Assembly: GCA_013138975.1 (NCBI GenBank)
Contig: WTBR01000050.1
Coordinates: 3,123 to 67,122 of the forward strand
Direction: 5' to 3'
Source: Bacteroidales bacterium
Lineage (GTDB): Bacteria; Bacteroidota; Bacteroidia; Bacteroidales; UBA12077
Length of the DNA stretch: 64,000 bases
How positions within the stretch are numbered: position 1 is the first letter of the stretch; each line of letters starts with the position of its first letter. The position numbers and the translations under genes are program-made. The notes beneath the pieces are model-generated. The model was not told the DNA's origin. It did not search any database and saw only the letters and a program-made list of their open reading frames with translations. Of this stretch, positions 1 through 9,957 are shown piece by piece.

Positions 1-437
1 ATTTGGTGAACTAAAGTTGGAACTGTTGATCTTAAGTAAATTAAAAGATCGGGTGGTTGAATTAATGAAGTCATTAATTTGAAAAGAGTATAATAATTAT
101 CAAAATCACGAGTAGACATTAAACCCATTGAATGAAGGTTTGGAGCAAATATAAATGCATCTTCATATATTGTTCGATCTTGAATTACTGTTTTTCCTGA
201 TTTTCTAATGTTTAAGATCTGACTTAATCGACTATTTAAGAAAAATAACTGTAAGTTAAATGACCACCGTTGCATATCTTCATAAAAATCGTTTAAATAT
301 GGATTATCATCAACATCTTCATAATGTGCTTCCCAATTATAGTGCTTTGACAATAAACCTGCCAGAGTAGTTTTTCCCGATCCGATGTTGCCGGCAATTG
401 CAATATGCATTGCGCCGTTTGAATTATCTTTTGCCAT
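1..437 (-). CDS. deoxynucleoside kinase (runs off the left edge)
   Basis: Translated by hand: MAKDNSNGAMHIAIAGNIGSGKTTLAGLL...EDVDDNPYLNDFYEDMQRWSFNLQ...QDRTIYEDA; P-loop GNIGSGKT and DRxxxED motif. Not in the ORF track. Confidence 0.93.
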   Translation of the reverse strand, partial: MAKDNSNGAMHIAIAGNIGSGKTTLAGLLSKHYNWEAHYEDVDDNPYLNDFYEDMQRWSFNLQLFFLNSRLSQILNIRKSGKTVIQDRTIYEDAFIFAPNLHSMGLMSTRDFDNYYTLFKLMTSLIQPPDLLIYLRSTVPTLVHQ

Positions 438-440
438 ATC

Positions 441-686
441 TTAAATTTTTCTTTTCAAATTCTGGTTAAATAATGTTGGTTTCTTTTCGAATAACGAAGG
501 ATAATCCTCATCGAATTTTTTAAGTACCGATGAAATAATTATCTCACGCATAAATTTCGATTTGTTTTTTATTTTGTATTTTTTGATATAATGCTCAATA
601 GCCTGATTTTCTCTTTTATTAAGTAGAATAGTTTTACGATGTACTCTTTTTAAACTTTCATCTTTTTCTGTTTTCCTATTTTTCAC
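441..686 (-). CDS. conserved small hypothetical protein, possibly ribbon-helix-helix-like
   Basis: 81-aa ORF tightly packed between co-oriented genes; basic RKTILLN...SKFMREII...DEDYPSLF pattern. Confidence 0.65.
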   Translation of the reverse strand: MKNRKTEKDESLKRVHRKTILLNKRENQAIEHYIKKYKIKNKSKFMREIIISSVLKKFDEDYPSLFEKKPTLFNQNLKRKI

Positions 687-697
687 TATTGAGCCCT

Positions 698-1501
698 CTA
701 CAAATTTTTTAATTGATAAATAAATATCTTTTCTTTGGTTAAAACAAATAATCTTTTTTCTTCAATAAGAACTTGTTTGCAATCATGCTTTGGTAAAGTA
801 AAATGACTTTCTGTAAAATCCTTAGTGTTGTAAAAATACAATTCTCCTTTATAACAATATGATATAATTTCATTATTTACTTGAAATACACCAGTATTTA
901 ACAACGGAAAAGTCTTTATATATGTACCATAACTATCAAATAGCAAAACACCCTCGCCACGAATTCCCAGATAAATATAATCATTTTTTTCAAGCATATA
1001 TACCTGTTTTTGATCAATATTCTCACCAATTAAATCAGATAACTGAGAACTCCTTATAACTGTATTTCTATTTTTATTGATATAAACGAGCTGACTTAAA
1101 CTTTTATCAAATATCCAAAACCCTCCTCCAACAGACTGACATGCGGATAAAACATTATAGTACCCTAAATCATCTAGATTAATTGGACTTGTAATTGAAG
1201 AAAAATTCTTGCTTAGAAACTCTATCTTATTAAATTCTTTGTAGAAAATTAATGTTTTAAAAGAATCCGAAGCATCAATTGTATTTATTCTACCAGAAAG
1301 AGAATTGCTATAATTCTTCTCAAGCTTATTTTCAAAGTCAAACTTTTTTAATTTTGAGCCATTTATAATATATAAATAACCTAATTGATCAACAGTTATG
1401 AACTCAGCTTTATAATCTAGTTCCTTTTCCAAAACAAACTCTGGCTGAGATGCTCCCAAATTTAAACTTATTAAAATGAAAAGGATATAAGATATTTTCA
1501 T
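698..1501 (-). CDS. secreted hypothetical protein, beta-propeller-like
   Basis: Signal peptide; repeated beta-strand motifs (VDQLGYLYII, LFDSYGTYIK). Confidence 0.7.
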   Translation of the reverse strand: MKISYILFILISLNLGASQPEFVLEKELDYKAEFITVDQLGYLYIINGSKLKKFDFENKLEKNYSNSLSGRINTIDASDSFKTLIFYKEFNKIEFLSKNFSSITSPINLDDLGYYNVLSACQSVGGGFWIFDKSLSQLVYINKNRNTVIRSSQLSDLIGENIDQKQVYMLEKNDYIYLGIRGEGVLLFDSYGTYIKTFPLLNTGVFQVNNEIISYCYKGELYFYNTKDFTESHFTLPKHDCKQVLIEEKRLFVLTKEKIFIYQLKNL

Positions 1502-1510
1502 GAGTACAAA

Positions 1511-3073
1511 TTACATTTTATTATTTAGCACTAATAGTTCATCTATATATTGACGATTATTTGCCAGACGAGGGACTTTATTCTGTCCTCCAATTTTCCC
1601 TTTTCCTTTTAACCAAGTATAAAATAGATTTTCTTTTGCAACAGTAAGTAAAGGCAAAGCAAGCGTAATATTTTTATAACGTTTTGCTTCATAATCGGAA
1701 TTTACTTTCTGCAATTCTATATCTAATATTTCTGTAAACTTATCAATATCATTAGGAGCCTTGTCAAATTCAATTAACCACTGATGCCTTCCTTTTTTAC
1801 GTTCTTCCATAAAAACTGGTGCAGCAGTATAGTCTTTTATAAGAGCACCCGTATGTTTACAAGTTATTTTTAAAGCGTTTTCAGCATTATCAATAATTAT
1901 TTCTTCGCCAAAAGCATTCATAAAATGTTTAGTTCTACCAGTAATTTTTATTTTATGAGGATATAGAGAAGTAAATGTAACCGTATCACCAATAAGGTAT
2001 CTCCATAAACCTGAGTTTGTTGAAATTACAATGGCATAATTTTTATTCAATTCAACGTCATCAATATGTAATATCTTTGGATTAGGGTTGTCAAATACTT
2101 CCATTGGAATAAACTCATAGAAAATACCATAATCCAACATTAACAGCATATCATTTTGCTCCGGATTATCTTGAATAGCAAAAAATCCTTCCGAAGCATT
2201 ATATGTTTCCAAATAATTCATTTTTTCAGAAGGGATTAGCTTCTTATATTGCTCTCGATATGGCTCAAAATTAATACCACCATGAGTAAAAAGCTCTAAG
2301 TTAGGCCATATCTCCAGGAGATTATCTTTACCTGTTAAGTCTAGAATATATCTAATTAACACTAACATCCACGATGGTACACCTGCAATGTGTGTAACAT
2401 TCTCTTTAATTGTTGCTTTAGCAATTTTATCAAGTTTTTCTTCCCACTCGCTCATAAGAGCAATCTCCTGATTTGGTGTTTTGATAAAATATGTCCAAAA
2501 CGGCAAATTTTCTATTAAAATTGCAGACAAATCTCCATACGAAGATTCGTTATTTATCTTGTTTATCTGGTGACTACCTCCGAGCGTTAATCCTTTACCT
2601 TTAAAAAGACCAATTTCCGGGTAATTATTTGCATAAATAGAAAGAATATCTTTTCCTCCCCGGAAATGTGTATCCTCAAGAGATTCACCTGATACTGGTA
2701 AAAATTTACTTTTATCATTAGTAGTACCGGATGATTTAGCAAACCATTTTATATCTGTTGGCCAAGTTACATTTTGTTCTCCTTTAAGCAATCGATCTAT
2801 GTAAGGCTTAAAATCTTCATAGGATCGAACAGGAACTCTTTCCTGAAATTTTTCTATACTATCAATTGATTTAAAGTCATACTTTTCACCAAACTCCGTT
2901 CTTTTCGATTTATCAAGCAAATCAAAAAGAACCTCCCTTTGAGCATCATAAGGGAATTTCTTAAATAAATCGATTTGATATAATCGTTTAAAATTAAGCC
3001 AGGTTACTATGGAGTTTATAATCTGCATAAGTTCACAAAATTGATAAACAACAATTAATAAATACAAAACCAA
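1511..3073 (-). CDS. GH3 family acyl-adenylating protein (start possibly at internal MQIIN)
   Basis: KSSGTT, YNASEGFFAIQD, GLWRYLIGD and KVPRL motifs. Confidence 0.92.
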   Translation of the reverse strand: MVLYLLIVVYQFCELMQIINSIVTWLNFKRLYQIDLFKKFPYDAQREVLFDLLDKSKRTEFGEKYDFKSIDSIEKFQERVPVRSYEDFKPYIDRLLKGEQNVTWPTDIKWFAKSSGTTNDKSKFLPVSGESLEDTHFRGGKDILSIYANNYPEIGLFKGKGLTLGGSHQINKINNESSYGDLSAILIENLPFWTYFIKTPNQEIALMSEWEEKLDKIAKATIKENVTHIAGVPSWMLVLIRYILDLTGKDNLLEIWPNLELFTHGGINFEPYREQYKKLIPSEKMNYLETYNASEGFFAIQDNPEQNDMLLMLDYGIFYEFIPMEVFDNPNPKILHIDDVELNKNYAIVISTNSGLWRYLIGDTVTFTSLYPHKIKITGRTKHFMNAFGEEIIIDNAENALKITCKHTGALIKDYTAAPVFMEERKKGRHQWLIEFDKAPNDIDKFTEILDIELQKVNSDYEAKRYKNITLALPLLTVAKENLFYTWLKGKGKIGGQNKVPRLANNRQYIDELLVLNNKM

Positions 3074-3142
3074 ATATAATCAATATTTGGTTTTATTTAT
3101 ATAGAAAGAAAAATGAATTAGAAAAATTACTGAAAAGAAATC

Positions 3143-4282
3143 CTAAACTTTAAGTAATTGCTTGGCTGCTTTTGATAGAACCTCATTATTTCGGGCAAAA
3201 CTGAATCCTAGAATTTTATTGTCAATTGAATCGTGGTAAAAAACAGATAATGGGAACAAAGCCACACCAAATTCGTCCATTAATCTACGTGCAAATTCCG
3301 TGTCTTTTTCTTGGCTTATATCACTATAATCGAGTAATTGATAAAAAGTTCCTTTTGAAGGTATTATTTTAAATTTGGAATCTTTCAAAATTCCGTTCAC
3401 GAATTGTTTTTTCTTTTCAAGTTGTTTATTCGTTAAACTGTAATCAACACCTTCTTTTAAATAATCTGCTAAAGCATATTGAAAAGGAGTATTAATAGCA
3501 TTTATTTGAAAATGTTGTTTTTTGCGAATTTTAGTCATTAATTTCTCAGAGCTCACATAATATCCAATTTTCCAACCCGGAACATTAAAAGCAATTCCAA
3601 AGGAAGAAATTACGATACTTCGTTCGGCTAACTTTTCATCCGATAAAACACTTAAATGCTTTTGCCCATCAAAAACCATATGTTCAAAAACTTCATCGCT
3701 TATTATATTAATATTTGTACCATTTGTTATTTTCTTAAGTTGAGCAATATCCTCTTCATTAAAAATAGCACCAGTTGGGTTATGCGGCGTATTTACAATT
3801 ATTAATTTCGTACGTGTATTTATTAGTTTCAGTACCGCTTCCCAATCAATATGATAATCTGGTTGTGTACGTTGCACAAAAACAGGACGTCCTCCATTAC
3901 TTTCAATTGCAGGAACATAACTATTAAAAGCAGGCTCAAATAAAACCACTTCATCGCCTTCGTTAACAAAGGTACTTATAGCTGTATACATTGCTTGCGT
4001 CGCACCTGCGGTTATGGTAATTTCATTTAATGCACTTTTGTTTAATCCGTATCTTTGTTTAATTTCTTTAGCAATTTCTTCTCGCAACTCGAACAATCCA
4101 TGTGGATGTGTATACTCAACAGATTTTTCTTTAATGTATTTTATTGCCAACTCAGTAAGTTTATCTGAGCATGGAATGTCTGGGGAAATTTTTGCAAAAT
4201 TAATTATATCGGTATCCTGAACTAATTCAGAAATTACAGTGTAAATATCCTTACCTATACTTGCTAGTTTTGCTTTTATCAT
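3143..4282 (-). CDS. class I/II PLP aminotransferase homolog (YbdL-like) lacking the catalytic Lys
   Basis: TAGATQA, NTPHNPTG, SDEVFEH, GWKIGY present; SFGK is SFGI and the RFxFAK motif is GFSFAR. Confidence 0.85.
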   Translation of the reverse strand: MIKAKLASIGKDIYTVISELVQDTDIINFAKISPDIPCSDKLTELAIKYIKEKSVEYTHPHGLFELREEIAKEIKQRYGLNKSALNEITITAGATQAMYTAISTFVNEGDEVVLFEPAFNSYVPAIESNGGRPVFVQRTQPDYHIDWEAVLKLINTRTKLIIVNTPHNPTGAIFNEEDIAQLKKITNGTNINIISDEVFEHMVFDGQKHLSVLSDEKLAERSIVISSFGIAFNVPGWKIGYYVSSEKLMTKIRKKQHFQINAINTPFQYALADYLKEGVDYSLTNKQLEKKKQFVNGILKDSKFKIIPSKGTFYQLLDYSDISQEKDTEFARRLMDEFGVALFPLSVFYHDSIDNKILGFSFARNNEVLSKAAKQLLKV

Positions 4283-4455
4283 AAAATAGTTTATTAGGCT
4301 AATAAATCGGAACGCAAATGTATAAAAATATCTTTATTAAAAAAGGGAGTTTTATAAGCTTTGACAATTTTTAACAACTTTTTTGTTTTAATATTCGCTT
4401 AAATAGATTGAACCAAAAAAATAATGAAATTATCTAGATATTAGGATGATAAGAA

Positions 4456-5181
4456 TTAATGAAATACCTCTTTGAAAACTTCTAAAGATTTAATTTCTTT
4501 TACCCCTTCATTATGTAATGAATAATATTCAACAGTTTTTTCCAAGAGTTGAATTCTTTCTTTATAATCCAGATTCAATTCCTCATGTTGATTTTCGGAG
4601 AATTTTAACATTCTACTAAAAATTAAACTCTGATTTTTGTCTAAATAAGATTTATGCATCGGTTTGAGTTGCATAAAGTTACCTGCTTTTAAATCGAAGA
4701 AACAATTAATGTCTGTATAATTATTACTAGGGAAGAATCCTAAATATTTAGTTAAATGAATTAAAAAATAAATATGAAAATTCGATAAGCCTTTTTCCTT
4801 TAAATCAAGAACTTGAATCGAATTATACAAATACTCGAAAAGGTCTCTATTTGGTTCTTGTTCTCTAATTGTTTTGTATAAAATTTCTGCAATAAAAATA
4901 GCTAATGTGCTTTTTCTGAGATCATAAGGTAAAGAATTGAAAATAAATGCATTTTGAATTTCTTTAGCCCTCTGCAAATCATTCTTAGGTTTGTAATAAA
5001 CCTCCATATCTAAAAGAAAAAGAGCTTGTAAAATATTTGCCTTTATTTTAGCCTTCTTGCTTCGAACACCATTTATTATATATGATTGCCTTCCAAATTT
5101 CTCAGTGTAAATGGTAACAATTACACTTGTTTCGGAATATTTAATAGAATTGAATACAATGCCTCTCGTTTTATAAAGCAT
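4456..5181 (-). CDS. recO: DNA repair protein RecO
   Basis: MLYKTRGIVF...KYSETSVIVTIYTEKFGRQSY N-terminal OB fold; HLTKYLGFFP. Confidence 0.95.
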   Translation of the reverse strand: MLYKTRGIVFNSIKYSETSVIVTIYTEKFGRQSYIINGVRSKKAKIKANILQALFLLDMEVYYKPKNDLQRAKEIQNAFIFNSLPYDLRKSTLAIFIAEILYKTIREQEPNRDLFEYLYNSIQVLDLKEKGLSNFHIYFLIHLTKYLGFFPSNNYTDINCFFDLKAGNFMQLKPMHKSYLDKNQSLIFSRMLKFSENQHEELNLDYKERIQLLEKTVEYYSLHNEGVKEIKSLEVFKEVFH

Positions 5182-5409
5182 TTATAAGATTTTTTTTACA
5201 AAAATATCTATTCTTATTTAATCAGGAATTATTTTGAAAGATTTTGTTCTTTTAAAATTATAAATCTTCATTTTTTGTCTGATAACCAATTAATAATCAA
5301 ATTTAGTCAAATTAAATTGACATCGTTTTTTAAAATTGGTATATTATTTGTTCTTTTATGGAAACTAATCAATTTGTAGTATATTTCGAATATTAAATAA
5401 AACAGTTCT

Positions 5410-6477
5410 ATGAGAATAAAAAGTTTAAGTACCAATCTGAAAAGAGTTATTCTTTTAATTTTATGTTTAACCTCTTTAAATATAGTAAAGGCTCAAAAAG
5501 AACCAGACTGGATGATGCATTCATGGAGAACACAACAATATCCATCAAATGTATTTATCACAGGTTTTGCCCAAGATGAAAAAGCAAGTAATGAGTCCTT
5601 AGCTGAAGCAACTGAACGATTAAAGGATCTGGCTAGTGCAAATTTATCAGAAAGTATCTTAGCTTCTGTACAAAGTGTAAACGAGAACTATAAGCAAAGC
5701 ATAACCGAGAATGGATCAGAAACTATTACAGAAAAATTTCAAACTAAAACGAATGTTTCTACAGATCTCGAAATAAATGGGATACATGTAGAAAGTTACA
5801 AAAAAGATAAAATCATATATGGATTTGCGTATGTTAATAAATACGAAATTATTGGATATTACAAAGCAAATTTAAATATGTATGTGCAACAAATAGAGGG
5901 ATTTATTAGCACTGCTACTGAATTAGAAGAAAATAGAGAAAAGAATAAAGCTAAAGCGGAGTTTAATAAAACTCTACCTATTTTTACTGAACTTACCAAA
6001 GCTCAAGGAATATTAAGTGCTGTTGATAAGAACATTACTGAGAATGATTTAAAAATGGAGCAAACAATGAAGCTTTATAATGAGATTGTTCAAGCAAATG
6101 CACGTTTAGAACAGGGGATTTATGTATATATTTTTACAAATGAAGAGATTTTTGGAGAAAAAACTATTGCTATAGAAAATCATTTAAAAGCAATTTTAGC
6201 CGAAAATGGTTGTAGTTTTACCAATAATGAGAGTGAAGCAGATTGGAAAATTAAAATAAATGCAACATCAAGAGAATATAACTCTTTAGATAATATATAT
6301 TTTAGCTATGTAGATGTTAAAGTAGAGCTTTTTAAAGCTCCGTCGGAAAAACACGTATATCAAAATGAATTTACTCAAAAAGGAGGAAGTAAATCATATA
6401 ACGATGCAGCAAGAAAAGCTTATAACGAAGTAAGTAAACCTATATCGAAAAAAATATTAACTTGGATAAATAATTAA
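5410..6477 (+). CDS. secreted hypothetical protein, LPP20-like N-terminus
   Basis: Signal peptide ending VKAQ, then PDWM...YPSNVFITGFA. Confidence 0.6.
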   Translation: MRIKSLSTNLKRVILLILCLTSLNIVKAQKEPDWMMHSWRTQQYPSNVFITGFAQDEKASNESLAEATERLKDLASANLSESILASVQSVNENYKQSITENGSETITEKFQTKTNVSTDLEINGIHVESYKKDKIIYGFAYVNKYEIIGYYKANLNMYVQQIEGFISTATELEENREKNKAKAEFNKTLPIFTELTKAQGILSAVDKNITENDLKMEQTMKLYNEIVQANARLEQGIYVYIFTNEEIFGEKTIAIENHLKAILAENGCSFTNNESEADWKIKINATSREYNSLDNIYFSYVDVKVELFKAPSEKHVYQNEFTQKGGSKSYNDAARKAYNEVSKPISKKILTWINN

Positions 6478-6488
6478 AAAACATTGTC

Positions 6489-7706
6489 ATGAATAAATTA
6501 AACCTATTAATCATAATTCTTGTTTTTGCGTTAGTTGGCGTTGCAAATGGTCAAAAAGATAAAAAAGTAGCGGTATTTGATCCTGTAGGAGATGTATCAC
6601 AAAACCTTAAAATTGTTATCCGTGAAGAGCTTAGTAATGCTATTGTTAACACTTTAGGATTTACAGTTCTGGAGCGTGAGCTGATTAATAAAGTACTTGC
6701 TGAAAACAGTTTCCAAATGACCGGACATGTTGATGATGGCCAGATTGGGGAACTTGGTAAGAAAATGGGAGCAAATTATGTATGTTATGCATCAATATCT
6801 TCAGTTGGAGGAAACTATTACATTTCCTGTAAAATGGTAGATGTTATGACGGCAAAAATTGAAAGACAAAATACCGGAATCACACAATCAGGATTAGATG
6901 ATTTGTTTACTGTTGTTTCAACTGTTTCAAGAGCAATGTTGCAACAACAAGTAGCCTCAGTTAGGAATCGATCGACGAGTTCAAATCAAACAAAATATGT
7001 TATTGACGAATCAGATTCTAAAGATTTAATTGAGTTGAATATGATGGGATTAAGCATATTGGTTATGCCAATTGATGCTACTCCAACAAAAACAACATGG
7101 ATGGAAGCCAATAATGCTTGTTTGGAAAGTAATTCTTATGGATTGTCAGAATGGAGATTACCTACTAAACTTGAAATATCAAGAATGTTTGCTCAAAAGT
7201 CGGCATTACGAAAGATGGAATCCTATTGGTACTGGTCTGGTACTCCAGAAAAAAACAATGTCTATTTTCGCCAAGCGTTTGATGCCGATAAATTAGTTCC
7301 GGCTGCAGCTAAAGCAAAATCTTTTGCAAGATGTGTACATAGCAACGGAGCAATTAATTTAGCTGATGCAGATGGAGTGTGGGAATATAGTTTATATGGT
7401 ACCGATTATCAGGTAATGCCTGAAGATGTTGAAGGTATATATAAATGGGTAGAAGCTCGTAATACATGTGAAAGTTCTTCTGCTTATGGTTATAATGATT
7501 GGGAATTACCATCAATTGAAAGCCTTGGATTTATGTATAATAATAAAATTGCACTAAACATGGGCGGAGAATGGTACTGGTCTTCAACACCTAAAAAATC
7601 GGGAAGCACAAGTGCAATGTTTGAAAAAAACTTCTTCGATGGGCAAACTTATGATACAGGAAGCAACGCAAAAAGACAAGTTCGTTGTATAAGAAAAAAG
7701 AATTAA
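6489..7706 (+). CDS. secreted protein: CsgG/TolB-N-like domain plus two DUF1566 (Lcl C-terminal, CLec-fold) domains
   Basis: VAVFDP...FTVLERELINKVLAE...IGELGKKMGANYV; two copies of W(R/E)LP(T/S)xxE...YWS(G/S)T...RC. Confidence 0.72.
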   Translation: MNKLNLLIIILVFALVGVANGQKDKKVAVFDPVGDVSQNLKIVIREELSNAIVNTLGFTVLERELINKVLAENSFQMTGHVDDGQIGELGKKMGANYVCYASISSVGGNYYISCKMVDVMTAKIERQNTGITQSGLDDLFTVVSTVSRAMLQQQVASVRNRSTSSNQTKYVIDESDSKDLIELNMMGLSILVMPIDATPTKTTWMEANNACLESNSYGLSEWRLPTKLEISRMFAQKSALRKMESYWYWSGTPEKNNVYFRQAFDADKLVPAAAKAKSFARCVHSNGAINLADADGVWEYSLYGTDYQVMPEDVEGIYKWVEARNTCESSSAYGYNDWELPSIESLGFMYNNKIALNMGGEWYWSSTPKKSGSTSAMFEKNFFDGQTYDTGSNAKRQVRCIRKKN

Positions 7707-7740
7707 AAGAAATACCTTTCAAGGTAATTCATGAGAACAA

Positions 7741-7776
7741 AATAATAAAGCCGCTTCAATAGCGGCTTTTATTATT
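7741..7776. terminator. bidirectional intrinsic terminator
   Basis: AATAATAAAGCCGC-TTCAATA-GCGGCTTTTATTATT. Confidence 0.85.
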
Positions 7777-7789
7777 TTATAAAATGAAA

Positions 7790-8083
7790 CTTTGTGATTT
7801 AGGTTTTTTAACCATCTTCGTTTGAACAGAATACCATATTTCTTCTTAGCTATAATCTAAAGATCAGGATTATTGAGAACCAGCTATTTACGCATTTGCT
7901 TATATCAAATTCACATAACTTGCGTTGTGTTCCTTTTACACTTGATTCTCTTTGCTCAAATTCCTGAACTACATGTAATTTAAAAGACAATGAATAATTC
8001 TTTTGACTTCTTCTAACATACTATGAATCTACTATTTCTTTCATAACAGCACTTTTTATGTAAGACTATTTCAGGACGAGACA
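7790..8083 (-). mobile_element. IS3-family remnant (left IR plus degraded orfA)
   Basis: Minus strand begins TGTCTCGTCCTGAAATAGTCTTACA (8083-8059), then MKEIVDS*YVRRSQKNYSLSFKLHVVQEFEQRESSVKGTQRK, an HTH orfA with an in-frame stop; no orfB. Confidence 0.75.
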
Positions 8084-8094
8084 TCTTCATAATA

Positions 8095-8132
8095 AAAAAA
8101 GGATTCTTCGTTTATGAAGAACCCTTTATTTT
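8095..8132 (-). terminator. intrinsic terminator after the cupin gene
   Basis: AAAGGATTCTTC-GTTTAT-GAAGAACCCTTT with A-tract on the + strand. Confidence 0.7.
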
Positions 8133-8138
8133 TCAAGC

Positions 8139-8465
8139 TTATTCCTTTATCATAGTTAACAGCATCTTAAATTGCGATGTTGCCTTTACAGCATGTGGTA
8201 TATTAGCAGGCATAATAATTGATTCGCCAGATGGAACATCATATGGTTTTTTATCAATAATTACTTGAGCAGATCCTTCTAATACCTGAATTAAAGCATC
8301 AAAAGGAGCAGAATGCTCACTTAATTCTTGTCCTTTATCAAAAGCAAATAGTGTTACATTTCCGGTTGATTTTTGAATTATACGTTTACTTACAATGCCA
8401 TCTCCAGAATAATCTACCTTACCGGCAAAGCTAAAAACGCTCGAATGTGTTATTTTATCATCCAT
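8139..8465 (-). CDS. cupin domain protein (likely start MDDKITH, 108 aa)
   Basis: LFAFDKGQELSEHSAPFDA...MPANIPHAVKA; the extra 37 codons in the track run through an intergenic repeat. Confidence 0.9.
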   Translation of the reverse strand: MDDKITHSSVFSFAGKVDYSGDGIVSKRIIQKSTGNVTLFAFDKGQELSEHSAPFDALIQVLEGSAQVIIDKKPYDVPSGESIIMPANIPHAVKATSQFKMLLTMIKE

Positions 8466-8489
8466 TTTTTTCGTGTTTATTTTATTAAT

Positions 8490-8655
8490 ACTTAGTCTTC
8501 GCAAGAAAACATCAAATACTTCGTTACTCTCATTTTGAAAACAGTCATTCACAAAAGTGAACTCCTTGGTTTTCAAAACTTCGAATTCCGATAGCTATCG
8601 GAACGTCTTTGACGCTTTCTTATCAAAGACTTAAAGAAAAGGCAGTTTTCTTACA
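8490..8655 (-). repeat. dispersed intergenic repeat, copy A (copy B at ~47527-47770)
   Basis: Reverse complement aligns over >100 bp with 47527-47630; contains palindrome TTCCGATAGCTATCGGAA (8586-8603). Confidence 0.85.
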
Positions 8656-8656
8656 G

Positions 8657-9079
8657 TTATCCCTTAAAGTCTATAGTGGCATGGGATCCGTCACAGAAAG
8701 GCTTATTCTTTGAACTACCGCATCGGCACAAAGCAACTGTAGTTTCTGTAGGAATTACTTCACCTTTACTATTCTTTAATTCAATTTTTCCATTGACTAA
8801 AATTGGCCCATTTTCCATTAAATCTATTTTTACATCACTCATCTCTTGTTCTCCTTTTTGTTTATTATTATTTAGGTAAAATGAAAGTGCTCCCGAAGGA
8901 CACTTATTCACCTGATTAATCATTTCGTCTGTTGTAGCTCCATCAGCATTAATCCACGGTCGTTTATTCATATCAAAAACATTGGGTAAACCTGAAATGC
9001 AATTTGTAGAATGAATACATAGATTAGACTTCCATACAATTGTTACTTCTCCGTTTGAGTATTCTTTCTTTTTATCCAT
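8657..9079 (-). CDS. divergent 4Fe-4S mono-cluster plus CDGSH iron-sulfur domain protein
   Basis: CIHSTNC...CPSGAL and ALCRCGSSKNKPFCDGSH. Confidence 0.93.
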   Translation of the reverse strand: MDKKKEYSNGEVTIVWKSNLCIHSTNCISGLPNVFDMNKRPWINADGATTDEMINQVNKCPSGALSFYLNNNKQKGEQEMSDVKIDLMENGPILVNGKIELKNSKGEVIPTETTVALCRCGSSKNKPFCDGSHATIDFKG

Positions 9080-9085
9080 TATTTT

Positions 9086-9802
9086 TTAATTAATTAACAT
9101 TGGAACTTCCATTATTAAAATACGTGAATCGGATAAAGCTTCTATTTTGAAATTATCCGTTTCGGTAATTTCTATGCTATCTCGTTTGAATAATTCGTGA
9201 TTTCCAATACTTATTTTTCCATTGATAACAAATAAATATACCCCATGATTTTTTCCTTTGAGCCTATATTCCCCATTCCAATCCTTTCTTAAATTCCCTA
9301 AATGAAACCAAGCATCTTGATGTATCCAAACACCTTCATCATCTTTATTTGGTGAGAGTATCTGAAATAATTCATTTTCTTTTTCAATGCTTTTAAGTGA
9401 AATTTGATCGTAACGAGGCTCTACGTTCTTTTGATTTGAGAATATCCAAATTTGTAATACTTTTAATTCTTCTTTTTGATTTTTATTAAACTCGCTATGT
9501 TGTATTCCTGTTCCGGCACTCATAACTTGTATCTCTCCTTCACTTATAACACCAGAGTTCCCCATACTATCTTTATGCTCTATTTCTCCACTTAAAGGAA
9601 TAGTAATAATTTCCATATTATCGTGAGGGTGAGTACCAAAACCTTTTCCTGCATCAATAGTGTCATCATTTAAAACACGCAAAGCACCAAAATTAATATT
9701 TGCCGGATTGTAATAATTTGCAAAACTAAATGAATAATATGCCTTGAGCCAACCATGATCAGCGTATCCTCTTTCTTCAGCTTTGTGCAGTACGGTTTTC
9801 AT
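9086..9802 (-). CDS. pirin family protein
   Basis: GFGTHPHDNMEIIT, MSAGTGIQHSE. Confidence 0.95.
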   Translation of the reverse strand: MKTVLHKAEERGYADHGWLKAYYSFSFANYYNPANINFGALRVLNDDTIDAGKGFGTHPHDNMEIITIPLSGEIEHKDSMGNSGVISEGEIQVMSAGTGIQHSEFNKNQKEELKVLQIWIFSNQKNVEPRYDQISLKSIEKENELFQILSPNKDDEGVWIHQDAWFHLGNLRKDWNGEYRLKGKNHGVYLFVINGKISIGNHELFKRDSIEITETDNFKIEALSDSRILIMEVPMLIN

Positions 9803-9957
9803 TATTGATATTTTGTTGATTTATATTTAAACAACAAAAGCACCAAAATGTTAATTTTTAGTTTTAGAAGAATTGTTAAAGATGTGAACTAAACTGTGAA
9901 TTTTTAGAGTTCAGCAAAAATTTATCATTTCAAATATTAAAAAAGATTTTAATATTC

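Noticed and set aside
6489-7706. Diversity-generating retroelement
   Set aside because: No adenine-mismatched template repeat was seen, and the only RT-related sequence is a group II intron maturase relic.
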